The notes under the pieces were generated by a model. It worked only from the letters and a program-made list of their open reading frames with translations, had not been told where the DNA came from and ran no database searches. Source: a virus (taxonomy: Duplodnaviria > Caudoviricetes). From it: a stretch of DNA of 64,000 nucleotides. Position 1 is the stretch's first letter, and each line of letters begins with the position of its first letter. Location of the stretch: IMG/VR virus record IMGVR_UViG_3300045015_000053; one strand, written 5' to 3'. This document shows positions 1 through 9,297 of the stretch, one piece after another. The position numbers and the translations under genes are program-made.

Positions 1-56
1 CCGGCGACTTCGACTTCGCCGAGAGCAACGGGCAGATCGTCGTCACCCACAAATGA
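1..56 (+). CDS. 3' end of a hypothetical protein (partial)
   Basis: Frame from nt 3 reads GDFDFAESNGQIVVTHK* with phage-like codon usage; TGA at 54-56. Confidence 0.6.
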   Translation, partial: GDFDFAESNGQIVVTHK

Positions 57-58
57 CG

Positions 59-74
59 GCGCAATTTCGGAGAC
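59..74 (+). promoter_or_regulatory. 16-bp repeated motif GCGCAATTTCGGAGAC, copy 1
   Basis: Exact or near-exact copies at 7191, 47229, 48869, 50061 and 51228. Confidence 0.7.
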
Positions 75-82
75 TCGTCAAC

Positions 83-120
83 TAGAGGCGTGTGCCTGAT
101 GGACACGCCTCTAATCTTTT
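83..120 (+). terminator. Rho-independent terminator
   Basis: 11-bp stem TAGAGGCGTGT/ACACGCCTCTA followed by ATCTTTT. Confidence 0.7.
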
Positions 121-132
121 GGAGTTCCTGCC

Positions 133-372
133 ATGATGTTCGACGGACAACGATGGGTGATCAGTCACAAGGTCGTTCCTCTTCCACACGACATGTGGCA
201 GGGCGACTCGAAGAACTACGTCACCTTCGGGCGAATTGTCGCTCGGAACACCCCCGGCGCGATCAAGACGACCCGCGTTTACCGACACTCGTACCCCCGA
301 AACCTCTGGGGTGCGGATACTCAACCGGAGCCGGACGGGTACGAGGAGAAGACCGGCGTACTGGAGATCTGA
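133..372 (+). CDS. hypothetical protein
   Basis: GGAG upstream of ATG; codon usage matches neighbours. Confidence 0.7.
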   Translation: MMFDGQRWVISHKVVPLPHDMWQGDSKNYVTFGRIVARNTPGAIKTTRVYRHSYPRNLWGADTQPEPDGYEEKTGVLEI

Positions 373-442
373 CCTATATTGAAAGCTGTCTACTGAAGGC
401 TCGCACTCGCGAGCCGGGTCAACCCCTGATCTTGGAGAAGCG

Positions 443-712
443 ATGAACGGTCTGCCCCAACAAGCCGAAGCCGTGATCGGCCAGATTACCGACGAGAACG
501 CCAAGAAGTCGGAGCCGATTATTCTGTCTTGGAAGGGAACCAAGACGCCGCGAGGACTGTCCATCAACGGTGTCCAGATTGCGTGGGCGAAAAACGGCAT
601 CGTCACCGGCGTGAACGGTGAGATGCTCGGCACCTACGCCCGCACCAAAGAGTTTGCCGGTCCAAACAGGGATGAACACGCGATGATCGTCATCCCCCGT
701 CCAGCAAAATAG
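443..712 (+). CDS. hypothetical protein
   Basis: GGAGAAG RBS; ends in TAG, in frame with the ligase ATG at 722. Confidence 0.75.
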   Translation: MNGLPQQAEAVIGQITDENAKKSEPIILSWKGTKTPRGLSINGVQIAWAKNGIVTGVNGEMLGTYARTKEFAGPNRDEHAMIVIPRPAK

Positions 713-721
713 GAGAAGTCC

Positions 722-1811
722 ATGTTCACTCTCGCCGAAGCGATGAAGGCTCTGGAAGGACGTGAGGAGTTCGCCGTCAAGAAGAAGGACGGTCTGACCG
801 TGATCAACTATCTGATCACGCTGCCCGATTCGTTCGTTGGCATCCGCGAGAACTTCCGTGGCGTCGTGTTCGATGACGCGACCGGCGAGATCGTCTCTTT
901 GCCGCTCCATAAGTTCTACAACGTAAACCAAAAGGAACACACCCAGATCGGGCTGATCGGGGAACAAGAATGTCGCGTCCTCGAAAAGTTCGACGGAACG
1001 ATGTGCCACGCGCTGAAGGTCGGCGACCAAATCGTTCTGGCAAGTCGCATGGGGTGGGATAGCTCCCAAGCAATTGCGGCGACAAAGCTGATGTCGCGGC
1101 TGCCACGCCTGTCCGCAGGTGTTGCACGCGAAGTCAACGAGGGTCGAACGCCGATCTTCGAGTACGTCGGGCCTAACAACCCGGTGGTGCTACACTACAA
1201 GACCGAGGATCTCGTTTACCTGTGGTCACGCGACCGTAAGACCGGGGAGTACACGCGCAACGAAGAGATCATGAAGACGCAATCGTCCCCCACAGAACGC
1301 CGCATGCTCATCAAGGACGTGATGGCCGAAGTCGCGGTGCTGAAGGACAAGGAAGGGTTCGTGTGCGTTCTGCCGGGGATGTGGGTGAAGGCGAAGTGTC
1401 CGTGGTACTTGGACCGTCATCAGGCGTTCGACATGCTGATGACGGTCCAAGTACCGGCTCTACGAGGTCGGGTTGCAAGGGAAGCTGGACGACCTGATCG
1501 CGCAGTGTGCGGACCTGTACAAGCCGAAGTTGGAGAAGATTTTGGTTGAAGTCGGTCGCGACCAAATTCGTCTTCACCGCGAGCTTCGCAGCGAGTATGA
1601 TGCGTTGGTCGAGCAAGTTCCTCCGGTCGAAACGGAACACGAGCGTCGTAAGACGTTTGTGTTTCTGGCGAAGCCCAGTCCGAATTTCGGCGGGCTTATG
1701 ACGCTGTACAGCGGCCGGGAGATCGACGGGTGGGTGAACGCCCGCTTGTTCGACCAATACAAGGCGACTTATACGGGTCGCCTGTTCGCCGATCTCTCTG
1801 ACGATTCGTGA
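722..1811 (+). CDS. T4 Rnl1-like RNA ligase, split by a +1 frameshift at about 1442-1470
   Basis: Motif I EKFDGT, PLHKFYN, IFEYVGP, EGFV, KAKCPWY. ORF 1473-1811 resembles the Rnl1 C-terminal helical domain (LDDL...RKTF...LMTLYSG). Confidence 0.85.
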
Positions 1812-1818
1812 GGCTCGC

Positions 1819-2640
1819 ATGAAATCCAAATTCTCTGTCGAAAGCGGTGAGCTTTCGATAACCGTAGAGGATGTCGGCCACGAAGAGGCCGCGAAGCAAG
1901 CCCTGAAAATCTGGCAAGCCGCCGAGGAACGCCTTTGTCTCGGCGGCTTGCTCACCGTTAAGGGCAAACCCAAGAAACTCGGAGAACGTATCTTCTCGAC
2001 AGCCACCGTTTTGGCCGAACTGGGCATCAACTTTTTCAAGAACGCCGAAGACCTGATGACCATGCCCCCGGCCAAGCCCAAGATCACGAAGACCGAAGAC
2101 ATCGCCACCGAGAAGTGGCTCGCCCTCAAGCGGCTGCACTACAAGTGGCCCGGCGGCAAGAACATGGTCTGGGACTTCGTCACGCGGCCCACCCGCAAGG
2201 GCAAGCACGATGCCGTGGTCGTCGTCCCGTTTCTCAAGAACCCGAACCGGCTGGTAGTCACCCGCGAGTTCAGGCTGCCGATCAACGACTTCGAGATCGG
2301 CTTCTGCGCGGGCCTGATCGACGGGACTGAAACACCGGAGCAGGCCGCGCGACGGGAACTGAAAGAAGAAACCGGACTCGAACTGAAGAAGGTGTTGTCC
2401 GTCAGCCCGCCACTGTTCAGTTCGCCCGGCATGACGAACGAGAACGTGGTGATGGTCTTCTGCGAGGCGGAAGGCCAGTTAGTCGGCGTAGACTCGGACG
2501 AAGAACACATCGAGGCTTTTGTCCTCGATCTCAAGGGCGTAGAAGAAGTTCTCAGGAAACCACCATGCTCCATGAGCCAGAAGCTCTGGCCCGTGCTGTG
2601 CATGATGAAACAACAAGGATTCATCGGATGGAAAGCTTGA
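1819..2640 (+). CDS. Nudix hydrolase (ADP-ribose pyrophosphatase-like) with an N-terminal extension of about 80 aa
   Basis: Nudix box AGLIDGTETPEQAARRELKEETGL, REFRLP, SPG; possible second start MTMPP near 2056. Confidence 0.9.
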   Translation: MKSKFSVESGELSITVEDVGHEEAAKQALKIWQAAEERLCLGGLLTVKGKPKKLGERIFSTATVLAELGINFFKNAEDLMTMPPAKPKITKTEDIATEKWLALKRLHYKWPGGKNMVWDFVTRPTRKGKHDAVVVVPFLKNPNRLVVTREFRLPINDFEIGFCAGLIDGTETPEQAARRELKEETGLELKKVLSVSPPLFSSPGMTNENVVMVFCEAEGQLVGVDSDEEHIEAFVLDLKGVEEVLRKPPCSMSQKLWPVLCMMKQQGFIGWKA

Positions 2641-3614
2641 AATCAAAGGTCAAGGGGATGCTGTACGGGGTAGCTGTGGGTGACGCCCTCGGTCAGCCCC
2701 ACGAAATGAAGCCGCCCCTCGGTCATCCCGTCACGGATTACCCGGACACGGGAGGTCGCACGACCGACGACTGGCAGTTGACGCGGGCGATGGCTCGCGG
2801 TCTGATCGTCGGTCGCGGGTTCGACATGCCGACCTTGATCAAAGAACACGTCGCGGCCTACAAGACGACGACACGCGGGTGGGGCGGCGCACACCGGAAC
2901 GCCTGCGAAGGTCTGAGTAAGGGTGTGTCGCCGAAGGAAACCGGCAAACTCGCGCTCGATCCGGCGAAGCCGTATCGCGGACGCGGCAACGGTATGTGCA
3001 TGAAGATCTCCCCGCTCGCGGCCTACCACTTCGTCAAGAAGCAGAGCCTCGAACAACGAATGCCGACAGTGGCCGAACTCACCATGATGACCCACGCCAC
3101 CGGCATGGGCTTGGCGAGCGCAGCCGCGATGGAGGCCGCACTGTTCTACTGTCTCGGCGTGTCACCGCAGGACTTCGACCGGAACGACTTCCTCGCTATG
3201 GCTTCGGCAAGTGCGGGGTACGCCGAGTCGTGGGTGGTCAACGAGGAGAACCCGCCCGCAGAGAAGTTGTCCGAACGCCTTAGTCAGTTGGCGAAGATCG
3301 ACTGGAACAATTTCGGGCCGGAAGAAATCATCGCCGAGTACAAGGGCGGCGGGTACGTCTACGAGAGCCTGCCGTTCTCGCTGGCCTTCTTCTGTTTGGG
3401 GAAGCAAGACCTGAACTGCGTTTACGACTGCGTCGGCAGCGGCGGCGACACCGACACCAACGGCTCGATGGTGGCGGCTCTGGTCGGCGCACTTCAAGGC
3501 GAAGGAATTTTTCCCGAAAAGCTGCTTTACAAACTCAACGACTTTGTCGATATTGACCAAGTCACTGAGGCGTTCGCCGACTGGTGCAAGATCCAGACGC
3601 CTCCAGTCAACTGA
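2628..3614 (+). CDS. ADP-ribosylglycohydrolase (DraG/ARH family)
   Basis: GMLYGVAVGDALG, TTDDWQLT, GNGMCMK, GGDTDTNGSMVAALVGA; start overlaps the end of the Nudix gene. Confidence 0.92.
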   Translation: MESLKSKVKGMLYGVAVGDALGQPHEMKPPLGHPVTDYPDTGGRTTDDWQLTRAMARGLIVGRGFDMPTLIKEHVAAYKTTTRGWGGAHRNACEGLSKGVSPKETGKLALDPAKPYRGRGNGMCMKISPLAAYHFVKKQSLEQRMPTVAELTMMTHATGMGLASAAAMEAALFYCLGVSPQDFDRNDFLAMASASAGYAESWVVNEENPPAEKLSERLSQLAKIDWNNFGPEEIIAEYKGGGYVYESLPFSLAFFCLGKQDLNCVYDCVGSGGDTDTNGSMVAALVGALQGEGIFPEKLLYKLNDFVDIDQVTEAFADWCKIQTPPVN

Positions 3615-3665
3615 CTGTTCGGTAATGAAATGCGGTTCAATCCGGCTCCACTACAAGGGAAAGTC

Positions 3666-4283
3666 ATGAACGAGAACATCCGCCCCACCCAGAACGAGAT
3701 CGACACCGTCGTCGCGGGCATCGCGTACAACCAGATGGGCTACAACAGCCAACTGGCCGACGCGCGACTGGTCGATCTGGCCCTCGCCAAGCCCACCGCT
3801 GAAACCGCCCTCGCCACCGAGACGAACGGCGCGGACGGCGACGAGTACGACCCGGCGACCGCCGCGAAGAAGGCCGCGATCAACGCGGCAGACGCGGCGG
3901 CGGTCAAGCTGCACGCGGCAGCGGCCGAGACGATCAAGAAGCACCCGGAGCGGACGCTGCTCGCGAGCCGCCTCAACGTCAAGTTGCTCACCGGGAAGCC
4001 GGGCAACTTCTCCTTCACGAAGGAAGAAACGGACTTCATCGTCACCGGGCTTCGCGGCGTCGAACACTTCGACATCGAAGGCTCCCGCTACACCGAAGTG
4101 GTCATGAACGCGGTGGTCGGCACCCCCACCCACCTCGGTTCGGCCTACTCGCAACGTCAGTCGCAGGCCGAACGCGCCCGGCTCCAGACCGTCCGCGACG
4201 ACTTCCTCGCCCTGTTCTCGAAGTTCATCCAGTACCAGCGGGCCTTCGCCGCGACCCCGGAAACCAACAACAACGACCAGTGA
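3666..4283 (+). CDS. hypothetical protein (Ala-rich)
   Basis: GGGAAAG RBS; strong codon bias. Confidence 0.8.
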   Translation: MNENIRPTQNEIDTVVAGIAYNQMGYNSQLADARLVDLALAKPTAETALATETNGADGDEYDPATAAKKAAINAADAAAVKLHAAAAETIKKHPERTLLASRLNVKLLTGKPGNFSFTKEETDFIVTGLRGVEHFDIEGSRYTEVVMNAVVGTPTHLGSAYSQRQSQAERARLQTVRDDFLALFSKFIQYQRAFAATPETNNNDQ

Positions 4284-4291
4284 GTTCCGCC

Positions 4292-4321
4292 GAGGGGCGA
4301 CGGACAGTCCGTCGCCCCCTC
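4292..4321. terminator. GC-rich hairpin after a stop codon
   Basis: GAGGGGCGACGGA-cag-TCCGTCGCCCCCTC; no clear U tract. Confidence 0.5.
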
Positions 4322-4352
4322 ATCCCCCAACCCCTTGAACATTGAGACTGCC

Positions 4353-4628
4353 ATGAACGAGACGATCTACCTGAACGCGACTGGTGCGCAGAAACTGTTC
4401 GGCCACACCAACGTGATCGGCCTCCCCTGCCGCGTCACCAACCCCGGCGACGGCAACGTGTACCACGAGGTCGTGGAAGCCTCGACCGGCGCGAAGATCG
4501 GCGGCTTCATCAGCGCGGACGACTTCTCGAAACAAGACCCCGGCGAAGGCGTGCGTAACTACGCCGTCTCGGAGTACCACGCTCACACCAAGTGGCTGAA
4601 CGAAAAGTACGGCCGGACGACCTACTGA
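4353..4628 (+). CDS. hypothetical protein
   Basis: Clean ORF with biased codons. Confidence 0.75.
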   Translation: MNETIYLNATGAQKLFGHTNVIGLPCRVTNPGDGNVYHEVVEASTGAKIGGFISADDFSKQDPGEGVRNYAVSEYHAHTKWLNEKYGRTTY

Positions 4629-4658
4629 TCACACACCATCGCCCATTCGGAGAACAAG

Positions 4659-4934
4659 ATGTCTTTCTCGCTCACATGGGTAGAAGGGGTGGGGCTGGTA
4701 GTCCTCTTCCTCTTCGCCGTCCTGATGATCTGGAAACTCGGCTACCGCATCTGCATGCGGCACTACCTCGGCCTGTCGCTCGCCCTCGCCGGACTGGTGA
4801 TCGTCCTCACGAAGCAGAAACTGCTCGGACTCAACGTCGAGGGCGAGGAACGCGAATCGGTCGGCTTCATGGTGTCACTGGCCGGGGTGCTGTTGCTCTC
4901 GGCCTACAAGAAAGAACCGCCCGCAAAGACCTGA
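4659..4934 (+). CDS. small membrane protein (about 3 TM)
   Basis: GGAG RBS; three hydrophobic segments. Confidence 0.8.
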   Translation: MSFSLTWVEGVGLVVLFLFAVLMIWKLGYRICMRHYLGLSLALAGLVIVLTKQKLLGLNVEGEERESVGFMVSLAGVLLLSAYKKEPPAKT

Positions 4935-5003
4935 ACACGAGGGAACCCTGCCAACCTAAAGCCGTCCGAGGATTTGGGCGGCTTGTTTTTTTGGAGATCG
5001 CCA

Positions 5004-5486
5004 ATGTCCTACAAGTTGCTCATCACGGTTCACGCCCGCCAGCGGTGGGTGGAACGCATCCTCTGTCCCGACCGCTACGTCCATTTGCGAACTTGCAAAC
5101 GTCCCAAGCAGTGCGTCACCTGCATCGCGCAAATGGCCGAGATCAACGCCATGATTGATCGCTCCTGCCGCGAGATCGACCGGAACATCATTCGGCGTTA
5201 CTTCGCTGCTAAGGAAGCGGAGAGCTACGTTCTTGATCCCAATTTCCACGCTGCCATTCGTCAACGCTTCGGCGACGAAGAGTTCACGTTCTTGAAGGAT
5301 CACAGCGCGGTCTTCGCGATCTCGCACCCGCCGAACGAGCCGATCCCGGTGCTGAAGACGGTCATGAGCCTCGACATGATCGAAGGCATGGTGTTCCAAG
5401 TCTTCGGCAACGACCGGGAGGCGATCCAGACCGTCTTCGAGCGGTGGCGGCACGAGCGGCGTCAAGGGATTATCAGCAAGGTCTAA
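5004..5486 (+). CDS. hypothetical protein
   Basis: GGAG RBS before ATG 5004. Confidence 0.75.
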   Translation: MSYKLLITVHARQRWVERILCPDRYVHLRTCKRPKQCVTCIAQMAEINAMIDRSCREIDRNIIRRYFAAKEAESYVLDPNFHAAIRQRFGDEEFTFLKDHSAVFAISHPPNEPIPVLKTVMSLDMIEGMVFQVFGNDREAIQTVFERWRHERRQGIISKV

Positions 5487-5518
5487 TTTACAAACTTGAT
5501 CTTGCCGTCTATAGTGAC
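5487..5518 (+). promoter_or_regulatory. sigma70-type promoter TTTACA-N17-TATAGT with a GTCTATAGTGAC box
   Basis: Canonical spacing; the -10 context recurs across the window. Confidence 0.85.
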
Positions 5519-5550
5519 ATCGTGTTCAACTAGCCCTCTGGAGTTCGGTC

Positions 5551-5889
5551 ATGGCACGCAACGACGATGATTCACCGGGTGCGATTGGTGTGGGATGTGT
5601 CGCGATCATCCTGTTGATCCCGGTCGGCATCCTGATGACGGGGTTCGTCATCTCGCGACTGTGGGAGTGGTTCATGGTGCCGCTCGGAGTGTCCGCGATC
5701 ACCCTGCCGCACGCCTACGGTCTGACGATTCTGGTCGGTCTGCTGAGTATGCGGGGCATGTCGTCCGACATGAAATCACAAGAAGACACCAGCATGGCGA
5801 AGTCGGTCTTCCTGATGGTTTGGATGGCCGTGATCATGCCGCTACTCGCGTGGTTCGGCGGCTGGCTGTGCCACCTCTGGATGACGTGA
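5551..5889 (+). CDS. membrane protein (3 TM)
   Basis: GGAG RBS; hydrophobic helices. Confidence 0.8.
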   Translation: MARNDDDSPGAIGVGCVAIILLIPVGILMTGFVISRLWEWFMVPLGVSAITLPHAYGLTILVGLLSMRGMSSDMKSQEDTSMAKSVFLMVWMAVIMPLLAWFGGWLCHLWMT

Positions 5890-5909
5890 TCCGAGGCGAA
5901 GTGAAAGAC

Positions 5910-5952
5910 GAAAACACCCGGTTTACAACCGGGTGTTTTCGTCTATAGTGAC
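5910..5952 (+). promoter_or_regulatory. Perfect 14-bp inverted repeat overlapping a TTTACA-N16-TATAGT promoter
   Basis: GAAAACACCCGGTT-tac-AACCGGGTGTTTTC followed by GTCTATAGTGAC. Confidence 0.75.
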
Positions 5953-6026
5953 TTTGGCCCCTACGACCGGACGACGCGATCCCCGCGTCGGGTCGAACAG
6001 TGCCTAACCAAGAAGGAATGGCTCCC

Positions 6027-6971
6027 ATGTCCACGACCACCGACCCCAAGACCCAAGTTCAGACTACGGCCGACGCGATCCCGGCCATCAGCATCCCCGG
6101 CGCAGTCCTGCCCGGCACCACCCCGCCGGCCGCGAAGCCGAACCTCAAGGATCGGATGAAGGGTCTGAAGTCCGCGCCGAAGACGGACAAGCCCGCCGCC
6201 TCGAAGCGGCCGGAATACGACGCCCCGAAGGAAGCGGTCGAAGCCATCCGCCGGTTCATCCCGGCCGACACCATCCGTAAGATCGCCGAGAAGCGGGCCG
6301 AGAACGCCAACGCCGAGGCCAGCGAGATCCTGTTCAAAGCGTTCTGTGCCGCGCTGTGGAAGAACAAGGCGGTGCCGGCCAACCCGAAGGTCGTAGTCCG
6401 CGACGGGAACGACCAGCCGGAAATGTCGGCCATCTTCCAAGTCCAAGACCGTTTCAGCCCCAACGCGATGAAGCTGCCGGAAATCAAGCCGGAAATGGAA
6501 GAGGAAGACGCGGTCGCGGTCATCATCGCCACGCTGGTCGAAGCAGGACTGGAGAAGGCCGACGCCGAGAAGTTCGTCGCCGCTGAAGTGGAAACCACCA
6601 AGAAGCGGAACATCCGCTCGCTCAATGAACTCGCCCTCGGCCACTACGGGGCCGACAAGCAGTGGGTGGAGGCGTCCCCGGAGGAACAGTCCGTCGCCGC
6701 CAAGCTCATGGACTTCCTCGATACCCTGACGGACGCCGAGCAAGCCCTCATCCGGCGCGACGAGATGCGGATCTCCGTCAAAAAGGACACACTCGCTCGC
6801 GTCTGCCAGTACGCCCACTGCGCACCGCAGGTGGAAGCGATCCTGAAGGTGTTCCAGCCGGTGAACTTCATCAGCCACAGCGTCCTCGGCATCGCGGAAG
6901 ACGAGGCGACCAAGATCAAGAAACTCCAAGACGCGGCCAACGAGATGATCGGGAGCGTCGAGGTCAAGTAG
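6027..6971 (+). CDS. hypothetical protein (strong codon bias, likely highly expressed)
   Basis: GAAGGA RBS; long ORF with high GC3. Confidence 0.85.
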   Translation: MSTTTDPKTQVQTTADAIPAISIPGAVLPGTTPPAAKPNLKDRMKGLKSAPKTDKPAASKRPEYDAPKEAVEAIRRFIPADTIRKIAEKRAENANAEASEILFKAFCAALWKNKAVPANPKVVVRDGNDQPEMSAIFQVQDRFSPNAMKLPEIKPEMEEEDAVAVIIATLVEAGLEKADAEKFVAAEVETTKKRNIRSLNELALGHYGADKQWVEASPEEQSVAAKLMDFLDTLTDAEQALIRRDEMRISVKKDTLARVCQYAHCAPQVEAILKVFQPVNFISHSVLGIAEDEATKIKKLQDAANEMIGSVEVK

Positions 6972-6981
6972 GAGTCCGACG

Positions 6982-7191
6982 ATGGGCATGAGCGAAGACG
7001 ACTACCTCTACGAGCGATTGGAGAGGGAGTGGGAGCAATCGGGGCGACCATGCCCCGATTGCTCCACGCAAATGGTTGACGACCACGAAGAGAACAACAA
7101 GCTCACGCGACCGATCCCCGGAAACATCTACGGCACACGCGAACCCGTGTGCCGCCACTACAAATGCCCCAAGTGCGGGCGGAAAAAGTAG
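6982..7191 (+). CDS. small zinc-ribbon protein
   Basis: CPDC and CPKC pairs; AGGAG RBS. Confidence 0.75.
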   Translation: MGMSEDDYLYERLEREWEQSGRPCPDCSTQMVDDHEENNKLTRPIPGNIYGTREPVCRHYKCPKCGRKK

Positions 7192-7206
7192 CGCAGTTTC
7201 GGAGAC
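7191..7206 (+). promoter_or_regulatory. 16-bp motif, copy 2 (GCGCAGTTTCGGAGAC)
   Basis: One mismatch to consensus; starts at a stop codon. Confidence 0.7.
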
Positions 7207-7230
7207 AGTGGCACCTGCCGCTTTTACAAG

Positions 7231-7515
7231 TTGAAGTCCCAACCAACAGGTGCCGCCGTGGTCAACGACAACCTCAAGTTCTTCGTCAACACCGACAACA
7301 AAGCCAGTTTCCAGATCTGTCTGAGCGACGTTAACCGGCCGCGATCCAAGCCGGGCAAGGCGGTCGTTCTGGTGCGGTGTGATCGCCTTGACACTGAGGA
7401 TAACGAACGCGGCCTCAAGTTGGCGCAGAAGATTGTCGATAATCTCAACACCTTGACTCAGGACGAGATCAAGGCTCTGGTGGCGGATGAGTCGATTCCG
7501 CCGCTTTTTAGTTGA
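7231..7515 (+). CDS. hypothetical protein (start uncertain)
   Basis: ORF with phage-like codon usage. Confidence 0.65.
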   Translation: MKSQPTGAAVVNDNLKFFVNTDNKASFQICLSDVNRPRSKPGKAVVLVRCDRLDTEDNERGLKLAQKIVDNLNTLTQDEIKALVADESIPPLFS

Positions 7516-7541
7516 ACCTTTAGCCCACGGAAGGGTCTAAA

Positions 7542-7682
7542 ATGAAGAAGTTGATTCTTTTCGCGATGGCCGTGCTATTCCTCTGTTCGGGTTGTACGGT
7601 CATGAACCAAGAGATCCACACGTCGTTCTCCGTCAACGTGAGTGAACCGTGTGGACACCGGCACCATCGGGGTCACAGGTGA
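7542..7682 (+). CDS. 46-aa predicted lipoprotein (absent from the ORF track)
   Basis: MKKLILFAMAVLFLCSGC signal with lipobox-like SGC; GAAGGG RBS. Confidence 0.7.
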   Translation: MKKLILFAMAVLFLCSGCTVMNQEIHTSFSVNVSEPCGHRHHRGHR

Positions 7683-7921
7683 AAGTCTGGCAAGCCGCAA
7701 TTGCAGTCCTTCGCGAAACGAACAACCCTGCGGTAATGTTCGGCGACGAGGGACTGTGTCACCTGATCGCCGCGAAGCTCGGCTGGAAGCACGAAGCGTG
7801 GAAGACGAGCGAGCGGGTACTGGCGGCACTGGCGCGGACTCCGGGTGAACTGGTCAAGAAGAAAACAAGAACCGGCGGCGGAAGATTGGTTAACATCTTC
7901 CGACTGCCAGAGGACGTGTGA
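7649..7921 (+). CDS. hypothetical protein, possibly winged helix
   Basis: ORF whose stop overlaps the next ATG. Confidence 0.6.
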   Translation: MWTPAPSGSQVKVWQAAIAVLRETNNPAVMFGDEGLCHLIAAKLGWKHEAWKTSERVLAALARTPGELVKKKTRTGGGRLVNIFRLPEDV

Positions 7922-8049
7922 TGACACTCTTTGCTGAACAAGTATCCGGCCTCCAACTGTTTTTGGCGGTCGTTGTGGGTTCCTTCTGTGTCATGGGATT
8001 TTCCGCCCTGATCTTGGGGCTGGCGAAATGGATTCAAGGTAAGTCATGA
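7921..8049 (+). CDS. 42-aa single-pass membrane protein (absent from the ORF track)
   Basis: MTLFAEQVSGLQLFLAVVVGSFCVMGFSALILGLAKWIQGKS*; coupled to both neighbours. Confidence 0.7.
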   Translation: MTLFAEQVSGLQLFLAVVVGSFCVMGFSALILGLAKWIQGKS

Positions 8050-8768
8050 AAGAATATCCAAGCATCCTCGGTGTAAACGCACATGGTTGCCCCGGATTGG
8101 GACAATCTGCAATCGCTTTCAAGAAATATGACGGTTCCAACCTCCGCTTCGAGTGGAACCCGAAGAAGGGTTGGCACTTGTTTGGCACTCGGCGTCGTCT
8201 CTTCGACAAGGCCGACCCAGAGTACGGCGCGGCCATCGACATCTTCCTGAACAAGTACGGCAGCGGTCTTGAAGCCGTCATCAAGAAGGACAAGCACCTG
8301 CGGCAAGCCCGCGAGATCATCGTCTACGGCGAGTTCTTCGGGCCGTGGAGCTTCGCCGGGCAGCACGATCCGCAACACCCCGCCATGCACCCGAAGTGGA
8401 CGGCCGGGGACCACCTTCCTTACAACGGCGGGCCAAACGAACCGCTGGACGTAGTCATCTTCGATGTCAACGTCCACAAGAAGGGGCTGATGTCCCCGCG
8501 AGAATTCGTCAACACGTTCGGCCATCTGCCTATCGCCGAGATCGTGTATCAGGGGAACATGAATCAATCCTTCATCAAGGACGTGAGGGAAGGGACACGC
8601 ACCTGTCTCGGATGGGACATGAACATCCCGATCTTCGAGGGCGTGGTTTGCAAGGGGCTGACCGGGAAAGCGCCGCATGGGATTTGGATGGCGAAAATCA
8701 AAACCAACCATTACCTTTCCGAACTCAAGCGGCGGTTCGAGAAGGATTGGGAACAGTTCGGGGAGTGA
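8046..8768 (+). CDS. Rnl2-like RNA ligase / nucleotidyltransferase
   Basis: Motif I KYDGSN, VYGEFFG, IFDV, FEGVVCK, KIKT. Confidence 0.85.
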   Translation: MKEYPSILGVNAHGCPGLGQSAIAFKKYDGSNLRFEWNPKKGWHLFGTRRRLFDKADPEYGAAIDIFLNKYGSGLEAVIKKDKHLRQAREIIVYGEFFGPWSFAGQHDPQHPAMHPKWTAGDHLPYNGGPNEPLDVVIFDVNVHKKGLMSPREFVNTFGHLPIAEIVYQGNMNQSFIKDVREGTRTCLGWDMNIPIFEGVVCKGLTGKAPHGIWMAKIKTNHYLSELKRRFEKDWEQFGE

Positions 8769-8770
8769 CC

Positions 8771-9265
8771 GTGGAACACATCAACGTGGTACTCGACGGC
8801 GACCAGAAGGCGGCTCTCGTCGCCAAGTACGCGGTGGAACTCGGTGTCGTCTTCATGTTCTCGAAGAACGGAGGGATGCCGCAGTTCCAATTGCTCAAGT
8901 CGGATTACCCGCAGTTCCAGAAAGCTCTGAACCGCGCCGAGCGTGAACTGCACCCGACCCCGTGCCGCTTCAAGAAGGGGGACAAGGTCGTCGTTCGTGG
9001 GTTCGACATGGCTCTCGTATTCGACCACTACTCCGCAGACGGCAAGTTGGCGAGGGTCTTCATCGAGGGCGAAAGTTGGGACACGAAACACTCGATCCTG
9101 TTCGCGCGGCCGTTGGTTCTGGCTCCCAACGACACGCAAACGATGAATGAAGAAGGGTGGGTTCCCGATTTGACGGCCTACCAACCACTCACCGAAGAGT
9201 TCAAGAAAGCGGCCGACATCGAGGCGAACACGCCGATCACTGCCGGCCGTGAATTGATTGGCTGA
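8771..9265 (+). CDS. hypothetical protein
   Basis: GTG start after GGGAG. Confidence 0.7.
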   Translation: MEHINVVLDGDQKAALVAKYAVELGVVFMFSKNGGMPQFQLLKSDYPQFQKALNRAERELHPTPCRFKKGDKVVVRGFDMALVFDHYSADGKLARVFIEGESWDTKHSILFARPLVLAPNDTQTMNEEGWVPDLTAYQPLTEEFKKAADIEANTPITAGRELIG

Positions 9266-9297
9266 ATTCGGACGGGAACCACAAAGGTGCGTTAGTC

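Noticed and set aside
1431-1450. prfB-style programmed +1 frameshift in the ligase
   Set aside because: The TGA codons are in the destination frame, not the A site of the incoming frame, and there is no slippery CTT-T or internal SD.
5941-5952. T7/SP6 promoter similarity (CACTATAG on the reverse strand)
   Set aside because: Only the core 8 nt match, the upstream specificity region is absent, and the orientation fits a sigma70 -10.
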